Assembly: GCA_021799445.1 (NCBI GenBank)
Contig: JAJZAM010000003.1
Coordinates: forward strand, 596-64,595
Direction of reading: 5' to 3'
DNA length: 64,000 bases
Source of the DNA: Actinomycetes bacterium
GTDB taxonomy: Bacteria; Actinomycetota; Acidimicrobiia; Acidimicrobiales; Palsa-688
Shown: one piece after another, positions 10,276-17,769 of the stretch
How the letters are laid out: the number at the start of each line of letters is the position of its first letter
Numbering within the stretch: position 1 is the stretch's first letter
The notes under the pieces: model-generated
Database searches by the model: none
Told to the model about the DNA's origin: nothing
What the model saw: only the letters and a program-made list of their open reading frames with translations
Translations under genes and position numbers: made by a program

Positions 10276-10581
10276 ATGCTCGGCGACCTCGTCCGAAGGA
10301 GTGTTAGGGGGCATACCATCGTCGACGTGGACCCCCAGGAGGAGCGGCGTAAGAAGATCCGACGACGGGTGATCGGGTTCCGAGTCGGATTGTGGGTATG
10401 CATATCCCTGATGCTGATCGGGTTCGGAATCGCGGCTCTGCTTCACGGTGACTCGGCGGGCGCTGCGATTCTCCTGCCGTTCGGCGTCGTTGCTGCACTC
10501 GTTGCTTTTCGGACTGGGAGCGAGCGCCGAGGACACACTGTGATGACTGCTCTGCTCAGCCGTCGGGACCCTGACACCTAG
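10276..10581 (+). CDS. hypothetical small membrane protein (2 predicted TM helices)
   Basis: 101 aa with two hydrophobic stretches (VGLWVCISLMLIGFGIAALL, AAILLPFGVVAALVAF) after a basic N-terminus. Confidence 0.4.
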   Translation: MLGDLVRRSVRGHTIVDVDPQEERRKKIRRRVIGFRVGLWVCISLMLIGFGIAALLHGDSAGAAILLPFGVVAALVAFRTGSERRGHTVMTALLSRRDPDT

Positions 10582-10706
10582 CACGCAGATCGTTCAGTAC
10601 AGCGCTTCAAGCGGGCCCGACGAGGGCTTCGGTGGACCGCTCGGGATTCGGTTCGGAGTCACGCCGAGAGTCGGGCGGCCTTCCTCCAACGGAACCAGTT
10701 GGCAGC

Positions 10707-10789
10707 GAGTCGGTGATCCCGCCGCCTTTGGCGGCGCTCCGCACGGCCGCATTGAGGCGGCCGCTTGGCTCGAAGGAGGTTTGAACGGC
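10707..10789 (+). other. three-hairpin conserved element, copy R1 (candidate ncRNA or single-strand origin)
   Basis: H1 10720-10736 (CGCCGCC-TTT-GGCGGCG), H2 10745-10762 (GGCCGC-ATTGAG-GCGGCC), H3 10770-10784 (TCGAA-GGAGG-TTTGA). Homologous copies lie at 13999, 15851 and 17587 (partial). Confidence 0.55.
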
Positions 10790-10856
10790 TATGTGACTCC
10801 AGGCATTCGAGGAACCTGTTGGCGGAGTTTCGATCGGATCCGGCATCGGACCGCTC

Positions 10857-10884
10857 TTGACAAGAGTCGGGTATCCCGTACACT
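10857..10884 (+). promoter_or_regulatory. candidate promoter/operator of the DUF1778-GNAT operon
   Basis: TTGACA (10857-10862), 16 nt, TACACT (10879-10884), overlapping the palindrome-like GTACACTTGTACGTAC. AGGAGGA RBS lies 6 nt before the ATG at 10907. Same layout at 17720-17747. Confidence 0.5.
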
Positions 10885-10906
10885 TGTACGTACAGGAGGA
10901 CTTGTC

Positions 10907-11182
10907 ATGGTTACGAAAGATCACCGGAGAGAGTTGCGGCTGTCATCGAGCGATGACGACCTGATCACCGAAGCCGCGGGTCTTCTGGGTTTGTCGGTGT
11001 CCGAGTTCCTCTTGGGGCGGGCTGTTGCTGATGCTGAAGCCATCGTGGACGCCCACCGCACTGTGCGTCTGCAGGAGGATTCCTACGAGCGTTTCCTAAT
11101 GGCGCTAGACGCGCCTCCCCAGCCGGTGGCGAAGCTTGTCGATCAGATCCGCAAGAGCCGGCCCCTGAAGCACGCCGACTGA
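10907..11182 (+). CDS. DUF1778-type (TacA-like) antitoxin
   Basis: MVTKDHRRELRLSSSDDDLITEAAGLLGLSVSEFLLGRAVADAE.... ATG preceded by AGGAGGA. The stop overlaps the toxin start (TGATG). Confidence 0.8.
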   Translation: MVTKDHRRELRLSSSDDDLITEAAGLLGLSVSEFLLGRAVADAEAIVDAHRTVRLQEDSYERFLMALDAPPQPVAKLVDQIRKSRPLKHAD

Positions 11183-11688
11183 TGAAGGTCGAGCGACTCG
11201 GCGAGGAGCACGATCTCGCCGGCTTCAGCTGTGGCAACAAATCCCTCGATGACTGGTTGCGGCTCCATGCCCTGGAGAATCAGCGTCGGAACCTGTCCCG
11301 GACGTTCGTGCTGGTCGACGACGGTGGTGTCGTGGTCGGTTACTACGCGTTGTCGATGGGCGGCGTGGCCAAGGACGATCTACCTCGCACCTTGGGTCGC
11401 AGTCTTCCCAGCTACCAGATAGGGATGGTGCTGCTCGCTCGTCTGGCCATCGACGCCCGCCGCCAGAGGGAGGGGCTCGGTCGTGACCTATTGGTCGACG
11501 CCATCGTCCGTGCTGCCGCTGCCGGTCAGCACGCCGCAGCCAGGTTCATCGCCGTGGACCCGATCGACGAAACGGCCAGACGGTTCTACAGCCGTTTCGG
11601 CTTCCGGAACATCGATGGGGACCAACAAGGCCGCATGTATATGAGAATCGACGAGGCGCTGCAATCGTTTCAAGAAGTCCAAGAATGA
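11182..11688 (+). CDS. GNAT acetyltransferase toxin (TacT/AtaT-like)
   Basis: 168 aa with FSCGNKSLDDWL...GYYALS...LLARLAIDARRQREGLGRDLL...FIAVDPIDETARRFYSRFGF, coupled to the DUF1778 gene. Confidence 0.8.
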   Translation: MKVERLGEEHDLAGFSCGNKSLDDWLRLHALENQRRNLSRTFVLVDDGGVVVGYYALSMGGVAKDDLPRTLGRSLPSYQIGMVLLARLAIDARRQREGLGRDLLVDAIVRAAAAGQHAAARFIAVDPIDETARRFYSRFGFRNIDGDQQGRMYMRIDEALQSFQEVQE

Positions 11689-11739
11689 TGACTGACCGTT
11701 CGGAGTGGAGGAGGTCCGCAGCCGTGTCGGAGGAGTTTC

Positions 11740-11785
11740 GTGCAACTACGGCAGTAAATCCCTTCCAGGGATCCAGGGATCCAGG
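11740..11785 (+). repeat. conserved right-arm sequence of module 1 with (CCAGGGAT)x3
   Basis: GTGCAACTACGGCAGTAAATCCCTT then CCAGGGAT three times (11765-11788, running into the core). The arms at 14748, 16380 and 17362 carry a single copy. Confidence 0.7.
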
Positions 11786-11807
11786 GATCAAGATACAACA
11801 AAACTAA
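11786..11807 (+). repeat. att core copy B (22/22 identical to the rpsJ 3' end)
   Basis: GATCAAGATACAACAAAACTAA. Confidence 0.85.
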
Positions 11808-12792
11808 TGCTGTTAACTTGAGACGCGTTGACGTAGGGCCTCCCGTATGGGAGGCCCTACGTCGCGCAGTACGCCATACGGTACGCCAACGCCGGCACTC
11901 GGCGGTACTACGAGCGGCACCTGAAGGCGCTCGTCTCGTTCGCCGACGTGGACCATCCCAGGTTGCTCTCTTAGTCGGTCGTCCTGGCGCGGTGTGGGCA
12001 GGGGAGAGCGAACAACACAGTTCGCAACACGCTCTGCCGGGCGTGCACCTTGCTGCGCTGGAGTGTGCGTCAAGGCGAGGTCGATGCCGCCTTGATCGGG
12101 GCGCTGATGAGCCGGGACAATCCGCTGCGCCAGATCCCGCAGCTCTACGGGAAGGCGCGGGGTGTGCGCCCGGCGCGCTGGCTAAGCCACTCGGAGGCGT
12201 CCGGACAGTTGATCGGAGCGTGTCGGGACGGGACCGACCTCGGGTTGCGGGACGAGGCACTGATCCGGCTCGGCCTGGCGGGGATGCGGGCGGCCGAGAT
12301 CTTCCGCCTACGGGTCGGCGACCTCCGTCTCCACGACGCCGAGGCCCGGATCGAGTGGGTCGGTAAGAAGCGTCGGGCCCGGGTGATCGTGCCGGGCCCA
12401 TCGTTGATCGCCACTCTCGACGCCATGTTCGATCGGTGGCAGCAGCTGCTCGGTCGGCCGCTACGCCCCGACGAGGCGGTCATCTGTTGTGGCAAGTCCG
12501 GCGCCGGCAGCGGGTTACTGGTTCCCGATCGGCCGATCGCCCAGACGTCTCGGTGCGGCAGATCGTCGCCCGCCGGGATCAACGGGCCGGACTCGGGCAC
12601 GTCGCTCCTCACGACCTGCGGCGAACCGCCGCCGGGTTCTTGCGCCGGTCAGTCGGCCCGGACCGGTCGCACCACTTCGACTTACTGGACATCCAGAAGG
12701 TGCTCGGCCACTCGGACCCGGCGACGACGATGCGCTCCTACCTGGACCCTCTCGATACCGGGGTGCTCGGTCGGGCGGCCGGGGTCCTGGAC
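11786..12792 (+). repeat. about 1.0-kb direct repeat, copy 2 (partner 7199-8205)
   Basis: See copy 1. Similarity ends one codon before the int stop (TGA in copy 1, TAG in copy 2). Confidence 0.9.
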
Positions 12793-12795
12793 TAG
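11837..12795 (+). pseudogene. tyrosine recombinase, disrupted (same lesions as copy 1)
   Basis: Same in-frame TAG (11972-11974) and the same frame switch between the 12050 and 12436 ORFs. Box II HVAPHDLRRTAAG...LGHSDPATTMRSYLD is retained. Confidence 0.8.
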
Positions 12796-13704
12796 CTGCG
12801 TTCGACATCTGATCCCGATGGCCAGCGGCTGGACTCAGCCTCGAGCAGCTCGACGGTCGGCTTGAAACCGGCCCGGTAACCGAAGGTGCCAAAGTAGCGA
12901 CCGACGGTGCCGTCGGTGGTGATGTTCGACCACATTCTGAGTAGTTGATCTGCGGTCTGTCCTCCGTAGCCGCCACCGATCGGTGGTGTCCACCAGCGGC
13001 CCTGACGCTTGCCGTGTTGGCGGACGTTCTCGTTCCCGAGCCGCGTGAGGATCTGGAAGGTTAGGTAGTGGAGATCGGACATCGAGTCGGGGCCTTTCGT
13101 TAGTAGGTGGATATGCGGGCGGCCCTCGGCCAGCTGGAACCCCTTGGTCCAAAAGCCGACCGGCCGCTCCCCGAACGCCTGGAACCAGGCCTCGCCAAAC
13201 GCCCGTCGGTGACGCTCCAGGGTCGCGCCGTCGGCAGCCCATGTCTGCCAGTCGCCCGGGTAGGTGAGAGTGATCCACAGCGGCCGATCCCCGAGCATCT
13301 CGGACGGCAGGGACGGCACCCGCCGCCACATCTCCCGCCGGCTTCGCTCCGACATTCCCTTGGCCCCCCCGACCCAGCCGCTGCCGGGCGGCCTGCCTGG
13401 CTGCTTCGAGCTCCTTGGCTTGGAAGTAATGGGCCACCTCGTCGGGGTCAAGAGTGTCGAGGAACAGCTCCTCGTTCTCGCAGCACGCCTCTTCCTCGGC
13501 GACCAGGATTTCTGCTTCCTGGTTGGGGTCGAGCCGGTTGAGCTCGATCGGCTCGCCGGCGTCCTCTAGGTCCTCGAGCTGGCGGACCACCTGCGCCATG
13601 AGCGGGCCGAGTCGATCGCGGCCGAACTTGGTGCGCAGCCCCAGCTGGTGGCGCAGCCTCACGAACTAGGGGCCGACCTCTACGTAGAAGCGCTCACGGG
13701 GCAC
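12796..13704 (-). pseudogene. HUH Rep pseudogene
   Basis: Homologous to 8302-9570, with GTG..PRERFYVEVGP-TAG-FVRLRHQLG (nonsense), a frameshift between the 12835-13662 and 12792-13451 ORFs, and a deletion of the segment holding the catalytic-Tyr motif (..ITTDGTV|GRYFGTFGY..). The C-terminus is missing. LWITLTYP and RPHIHLL are retained. Confidence 0.8.
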
Positions 13705-13998
13705 GATCACACCCCGGCGACCCAGATCGTGACTGCGACATTGTCCGTATTGTGCACGATGACAGTGACGGCCTGGCGACGAGCGCACTCGGTAGGGGCC
13801 GCCCCTCAAACGTGCGGCGGATCAGCGTCTCGTTCGGAGCGGCTTCGGGGATTGCAGAATCCCGGACGCAGCTGATGCAGGTGGGGCATGCTGTGCTGTG
13901 CAGCATGGCCCGACAGGAAAGCGTCTCCGGTGGCGTCGCCTCGGCACGGTTATCGCCGGTTTAGCGGGGGCTGGCGGCGACACTGCCTATCCGACAAC

Positions 13999-14080
13999 GA
14001 GTCGGTAATCCGCCGCCTTCGGCGTCGCTTGACACGGTCGCCTGGAGGCGACCGCTTGGCTCGAAGCGAGTTTGAACGGC
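13999..14080 (+). other. three-hairpin conserved element, copy R2
   Basis: H2 is GGTCGC-CTGGAG-GCGACC (14036-14053), a compensatory C:G to T:A change relative to R1. H3 is TCGAA-GCGAG-TTTGA (14061-14075). Confidence 0.55.
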
Positions 14081-14163
14081 CTCTTGGCTGCAGGAACCAC
14101 GGGAACCCTCCGGAAGGGATTGAGCCGTGCGCCGGCGAGCGAAATGTATTACACTAATCCCGT

Positions 14164-14421
14164 GTGGAGATCCACGAGTCGGCACATCGACACGGATTCA
14201 CCGACGAGGACGTTCTACATGCGGTCGAGCATCCGGTCGCTGTGGTCGACTTCGATCCGGACTCCAACCCCCCGAAGGTCTTGGTCATTGGACCCGACCG
14301 AGCGGGGAACATGCTCGAGGTAATCATCCTTCTGTTTAACGACGACCGAATCCTTGCCGTTCATGCGATGACTCTTAGGAAGAAGTTCTACCGATTGCTC
14401 GAGGGGACACAGGGTGACTGA
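14164..14421 (+). CDS. small toxin-like protein (family not securely recognised; BrnT/DUF497-like is a guess)
   Basis: 85 aa with GTG start: HESAHRHGFTDEDVLHAVEHPVAVVD...LEVIILLFNDDRILAVHAMTLRKKF. Overlaps the downstream RHH gene by 8 nt. Confidence 0.5.
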   Translation: MEIHESAHRHGFTDEDVLHAVEHPVAVVDFDPDSNPPKVLVIGPDRAGNMLEVIILLFNDDRILAVHAMTLRKKFYRLLEGTQGD

Positions 14422-14701
14422 GAGGAAGACCTATACGACCCGGACCGGCAAGGTGCTGACCGATGCCGACATCGAAGCAATAGCCGATGAGGTCGAACAA
14501 GGCGACTACGACGTGGAGGTTCTCATGTCGAGGCGTCGACCGCGAGGCCGCCCGATGATCGGGGACGCCCCCTCGGAAGTTGTTCCAGTCCGCCTCGATC
14601 CGGCGCTTCGCCACGCGGTTGAGGCCAGAGCGGAGGCGGATCACACGACCGCCAGTGACATCATCCGCCAGGCGCTCAAGCGCTTCTTGGAGGTCGCATG
14701 A
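14414..14701 (+). CDS. ribbon-helix-helix (CopG-type) antitoxin-like protein
   Basis: 95 aa with the C-terminal RHH pattern VVPVRLDPALRHAVEARAEADHTTASDIIRQALKRFL. Confidence 0.6.
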   Translation: MTERKTYTTRTGKVLTDADIEAIADEVEQGDYDVEVLMSRRRPRGRPMIGDAPSEVVPVRLDPALRHAVEARAEADHTTASDIIRQALKRFLEVA

Positions 14702-14777
14702 GGCGGGACACCCAGTGACCGATGCCGACCATGACGCCAACGATGTCGTGCAACTATTGCAGTAGATTCCTTTCAGG

Positions 14778-14799
14778 GATCAAGATGCAGAGCAACTAA
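14778..14799 (+). repeat. att core copy C (17/22; reads IKMQSN-stop)
   Basis: GATCAAGATGCAGAGCAACTAA, preceded by the arm GTGCAACTATTG (14748-14759). Confidence 0.7.
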
Positions 14800-14807
14800 C
14801 GCTCCGC

Positions 14808-15410
14808 GTGGCGGGCGACCACGACGAGTGGTTGGCCCTCTGCGGGTTGATCGACCGGTTCGTAAGCCGCTACACCAACCCGAGGACGTCGCACCAGTAC
14901 CGGGCTGAGCTGACGGCCTTGTTCCGCCACGTCGGTGTGACCCATCCGCGACTGCTCGGCGACGCCGCCGTCAACCTGTGGGTCGCCCTGGCGAGAGCCA
15001 ACAACACCCGTCGCAACCGACTCACCCGGATCTGTGTATTCCTGCGGTGGTGCGCCCGCTACGAGTTGGCTGATCCCAGGCTCGTCGAGGAGCTGCAAAG
15101 CCGTGAGAACCTGCTGCGAGACACGCCTCCGCTGTACGGGAAGCTGCAGGGCAAGTACCCGGCTCGGTGGCTGACGCACGAGGAGGCGTACAACGTCCTG
15201 CTCGGAGTCTGTGACACCAGTGATGTTGGTCGCAGGGAGGAGTTGGTCTTGCGCCTCGGTCTGGCCGGGATGCGAGTGACCGAGATCATCCGGCTCCCCG
15301 ACGGGAGGCGATTCTTCTTCTGGACCGGCAATGCCGAGACCGGGCTCCTCGCCCTTCGCGACGAGGGCTTTCCGGTAGGGCGAGAGGAGCGCTCTGAATC
15401 GAATTGGTAG
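14808..15410 (+). pseudogene. tyrosine recombinase, 3'-truncated
   Basis: Intact N-terminal domain and Arg box (RYTNPRTSHQYRAEL...ARANNTRRNRLTRICVFLRWC...RREELVLRLGLAGMRVTEIIRL). Homology stops near 15290 and no box II (HxxR...Y) follows. Confidence 0.7.
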
Positions 15411-15498
15411 GTGCTGGTCAACTTTGGGCGTTGACTACGAGCTCCCGAACAGGCGTGCCTGGCCGGGCTGTGCACGGCGTCCCCGATACCGACGAGGT

Positions 15499-15759
15499 TT
15501 AGATCGAACCCGGGTAGAGAGTATGGGCCTCGTCCCCGGTGAGCCGCAAGGTCTGGTCTGGGCCAGCCGGCGTGTCCTCGTACAACGCATTACACCTCGG
15601 GCACCGAAGCAGGATCATCCCCCGATCCGCGTTGCTTCCGATCTGGTCGAGGTGGCCGTAGAACCGGTTCGAGTCGTCGCGGCAGTCGTCACAGCCGAAG
15701 TCCCAATCCGACTTCCGAGGCACGGGTACATCCTGCCGGAGCGCGGAGTGACGGTGCAC
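15499..15759 (-). CDS. hypothetical Cys-rich protein (start uncertain)
   Basis: C-terminal part of the 15499-15978 ORF: DWDFGCDDCRDD...ILLRCPRCNALYED (two CxxC pairs, zinc-ribbon-like). The upstream part of the ORF overlaps element R3, so I placed the start at an internal GTG. Confidence 0.3.
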   Translation of the reverse strand: MHRHSALRQDVPVPRKSDWDFGCDDCRDDSNRFYGHLDQIGSNADRGMILLRCPRCNALYEDTPAGPDQTLRLTGDEAHTLYPGSI

Positions 15760-15850
15760 TCGCGCCCACCCGTCCCGCTCGGGACCTCGCTTCCGACGTT
15801 CGGCATAGTCGAGGCGAGAGTCAGTGCCTGAGCTTCCGACTCTTGCGAGC

Positions 15851-15932
15851 AAGTCGGTGACCCCGCCGCCTTCGGCGTCGCCCCCACGGTCGCCTGGAGG
15901 CGATCGCTTGGCCCAGGACAAGTCTGAACGGT
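15851..15932 (+). other. three-hairpin conserved element, copy R3 (most divergent)
   Basis: H2 is GGTCGC-CTGGAG-GCGATC (15888-15905, one G:U pair). H3 is CCAGG-ACAAG-TCTGA (15913-15927), with pairing maintained by changes on both arms. Confidence 0.5.
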
Positions 15933-15998
15933 CACACGGGTGCGAGAACATGGGCACGCCATGCAACGAGTGGACCACCGCGCACCGACGGTGGAACG

Positions 15999-16199
15999 AT
16001 GAGGCCCCCCGAACCTCCGGATCGAATCCTGTACGACCTGGAGGAGGCGCTGGAGCTGCTGGCTGTCTTGGAGGACGCTCTTGAGGTCGTGGCCGGGAGC
16101 GACTACCTCGGTGTGGTGGCCGAGGTCGAGACCGAGGTAAGCAGACTGCACCGTAAACTGGGGTTCGATCGTCCGTCTGGAGGTGAAAATGGCCGCTGA
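15999..16199 (+). CDS. hypothetical acidic helical protein
   Basis: 66 aa (DRILYDLEEALELLAVLEDALEVV...). Overlaps the downstream HTH ORF by 11 nt. Sits where the other modules carry a TA pair. Confidence 0.35.
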   Translation: MRPPEPPDRILYDLEEALELLAVLEDALEVVAGSDYLGVVAEVETEVSRLHRKLGFDRPSGGENGR

Positions 16200-16356
16200 G
16201 CTTCTAAGAGCCCCAGAAGCTGCTCGCCGGCTTGAAATCCCGACGAAGGAGTTGCTGCGGCTCATCTACGAGCGGAAGATCCGCTACGTCATGGTGAAAG
16301 GGATCGCCCACATTCCTGACGATGCGGTGGAGGAGTACCGTGCCAAACCCGCCTGA
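16189..16356 (+). CDS. small helix-turn-helix protein (excisionase/MerR-like)
   Basis: 55-aa ORF, too short for the supplied track: MAAELLRAPEAARRLEIPTKELLRLIYERKIRYVMVKGIAHIPDDAVEEYRAKPA. GGAGGTG sits 5 nt upstream of the ATG. Confidence 0.5.
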   Translation: MAAELLRAPEAARRLEIPTKELLRLIYERKIRYVMVKGIAHIPDDAVEEYRAKPA

Positions 16357-16411
16357 GATAGCCGGTGGCGAGCCGGTCCGTGCAACTACGGTTGCATTTC
16401 CCCTTTCAGGG

Positions 16412-16433
16412 GATCGAGATACAGCAGAACTAA
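16412..16433 (+). repeat. att core copy D (19/22; reads IEIQQN-stop)
   Basis: GATCGAGATACAGCAGAACTAA, preceded by the arm GTGCAACTACGG (16380-16391). Confidence 0.7.
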
Positions 16434-16467
16434 CCGCGCGGTACTAGCGGGCCGCTGGTCCGTGAGC

Positions 16468-16665
16468 TCTGCTTGCGCTACAACAACCCGAACACGCGCC
16501 GTCAGTACGAAACCGAGCTGGCGGCGCTCGTCGCGTCTGCCGGCGTGTCCCCCCAGCTTCGTGACCTACTCGGCCGTGCTGTGCTGGGTGGGCCAGGCTC
16601 GGGCCAACAACACCGTCCGCAACCGGCTGTCCCGGGTTTGCAGTTTCCTGCGCTGGTGCGTCTGA
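16468..16665 (+). pseudogene. tyrosine recombinase N-terminal remnant (frameshifted)
   Basis: LRYNNPNTRRQYETELAALVASAGV in one frame, then ..SAVLCWVGQARANNTVRNRLSRVCSFLRWCV-stop in another. Matches the N-terminal domain of the 14808 gene. Confidence 0.65.
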
Positions 16666-16785
16666 TCGCCGAAGCGATCCCACTTCACATCGAGTCCATA
16701 CAGGAGCAGAGCGAACCGCTCCCCACCCCGGCGGTGGTCGCCTCGATGAAAGTGAGGGTCACACTGACCTGACTGAATAGTGGGC

Positions 16786-17049
16786 ATGCCCCGGGGTGAG
16801 CTTCTTCCACGGGATCGCCATCTAACGTACTGGAACGAGCGCGACCATCCCGTCCCGCACTTTCATGCCGTCCAGGCAGGGCGAAGAGCGTTGGTCTCCA
16901 TTGATGGTGTAGTCCTCGCCGGGGAGATCGACGCCCGGGCGCTAATACGGGTGACGAAGTGGGCTGGCCTTCACCGGGACGAGCTGCTCACCAACTGGGA
17001 GCTGGCCCAGGACAGAAAGCCGATCCGTCCGGTCACACCTCTGCCATAA
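16786..17049 (+). CDS. DUF4160-family protein
   Basis: ..YWNERDHPVPHFHAVQAGRRALVSIDGVVLAGEIDARALIRVTKWAGLHRDELLTNWELA; an alternative GTG start lies at 16780. Confidence 0.7.
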   Translation: MPRGELLPRDRHLTYWNERDHPVPHFHAVQAGRRALVSIDGVVLAGEIDARALIRVTKWAGLHRDELLTNWELAQDRKPIRPVTPLP

Positions 17050-17050
17050 C

Positions 17051-17329
17051 ATGGCCTCCGTGAGTGGGACCTACCTTCCGGTTGTCGTCGGAGTAGCAGT
17101 GATCCGCGACCATGTCCTCCGCCTACTGTTTGATGACGGCACTGTGGGAGACGTCGACTTCTCCTCCGAGGAGTGGACAGGCGCCCTCGCAGCGCTAGGC
17201 GATGCGAAGTACTTCGGCCGCGTTCGGGTGGATGCCGAGGCTGGAACCGTCACCTGGCCCAACGGCGAGGACCTGGCCCCTGAGCCCCTCTACGAGCAGG
17301 CCCGAGCCCACCCGCTCGCTGCCGTCTGA
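17051..17329 (+). CDS. DUF2442-family protein
   Basis: VIRDHVLRLLFDDGTVGDVDFSSEEWTGALAALGDAKYFGRVRVDAEAGTVTWPNGEDLAPEPLY; starts 2 nt after the DUF4160 stop. Confidence 0.7.
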   Translation: MASVSGTYLPVVVGVAVIRDHVLRLLFDDGTVGDVDFSSEEWTGALAALGDAKYFGRVRVDAEAGTVTWPNGEDLAPEPLYEQARAHPLAAV

Positions 17330-17391
17330 GGAGGCCGAGATGACCGAGGAGCCGGAACTTCGTGCAACTATGGAAGTAGATCCTCAGAGAT

Positions 17392-17413
17392 GATCAAGAG
17401 ACAACAGAACTAA
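17392..17413 (+). repeat. att core copy E (20/22; reads IKRQQN-stop)
   Basis: GATCAAGAGACAACAGAACTAA, preceded by the arm GTGCAACTATGG (17362-17373). Confidence 0.7.
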
Positions 17414-17467
17414 ATCTCGATTCCTTTAGTAACCTTGCGATCCTTCCCTGTGGCTAGATTCTATTCG

Positions 17468-17520
17468 AGCCTTCACTCACCGCTACAGCAACGCCGGTAC
17501 CCGTAGGCAGTACGAGACCT
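17468..17520 (+). pseudogene. tyrosine recombinase N-terminal remnant (very short)
   Basis: Reads ..FTHRYSNAGTRRQYET.., matching RY(A/T/N)N..TRR.YE in the other copies. Nothing further is recognisable. Confidence 0.4.
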
Positions 17521-17586
17521 CCCCGGCCCGACAGCAGCACGCAAAACTGTCGCTCTCCTCCACGGCCCAACCCGACCGGCAACACC

Positions 17587-17653
17587 ACGGAACCAGCGGA
17601 CTGCACCAGGACGATACCCGGCGGCCGCTTGGCTCGAAGGAGGTTTGAACGGC
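17587..17653 (+). other. three-hairpin element, copy R5 (internally deleted)
   Basis: Shares CACGGAACCAG.. and GGCGGCCGCTTGGCTCGAAGGAGGTTTGAACGGC with R1. About 34 nt are missing, covering H1 and the 5' arm of H2. Confidence 0.45.
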
Positions 17654-17719
17654 GATGCGGTTCGAGGCATCGAAGAACCTGTTGGCGGAGCTTCGATCGG
17701 ATCCGACATCGGACCACTC

Positions 17720-17747
17720 TTGACAAGAGTCAAGAATCCCGTACAAC
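17720..17747 (+). promoter_or_regulatory. candidate promoter of the second DUF1778-GNAT operon
   Basis: TTGACA, 16 nt, TACAAC; GGGAGGAG RBS before the ATG at 17770. Homologous to 10857-10884. Confidence 0.45.
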
Positions 17748-17769
17748 TGTCCGTACGGGAGGAGTTGCC

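Larger units (their letters stand above)
7199..11785 (+). mobile_element. integrative element module 1 (int pseudogene, HUH rep, two hypothetical ORFs, hairpin element, DUF1778/GNAT TA)
   Basis: Bounded by att core copies A and B. The gene content matches a small actinobacterial integrative rolling-circle replicon (AICE-like, no transfer gene seen). Confidence 0.75.
11786..14777 (+). mobile_element. integrative element module 2 (int pseudogene, decayed rep, hairpin element, toxin-like/RHH pair)
   Basis: Bounded by core copies B and C, with the same gene order as module 1 plus internal deletions. Confidence 0.7.
14778..16411 (+). mobile_element. integrative element module 3 (truncated int, Cys-rich ORF, hairpin element, unrecognised pair with HTH)
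   Basis: Bounded by core copies C and D. Confidence 0.6.
16412..17391 (+). mobile_element. integrative element module 4 (int remnant plus DUF4160/DUF2442 pair); about 1 kb
   Basis: Bounded by core copies D and E. Confidence 0.6.

Noticed and set aside
10620-10680. Possible tRNA-like T-arm (GGGATTCGGTTCGGAGTC) near the hairpin element, which would have made the island tRNA-associated
   Set aside because: No acceptor, D or anticodon arms can be drawn around it. The att core is clearly the rpsJ stop region, not a tRNA.
10607-10924. Minus-strand ORFs covering the hairpin element (10607-10924, 13961-14185, part of 15615-16265, 17454-17746) that share a ..VQT.FEPSGRL.A.V.. peptide
   Set aside because: The shared peptide is confined to the roughly 80-nt conserved core. 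Substitutions between copies fall in paired positions of hairpins, not at wobble positions. The ORF boundaries and starts are not conserved, and one copy carries a 34-nt non-multiple-of-3 deletion. A structured nucleic-acid element is the better explanation. A dN/dS test with more copies would settle it.
7199-17413. Possible CRISPR array or integron attC array formed by the repeated 22-mers
   Set aside because: The repeats are 1.0-4.6 kb apart and not palindromic. Each is followed by recombinase sequence, and no cas or intI-type gene organisation is present. Tandem site-specific integration explains them better.
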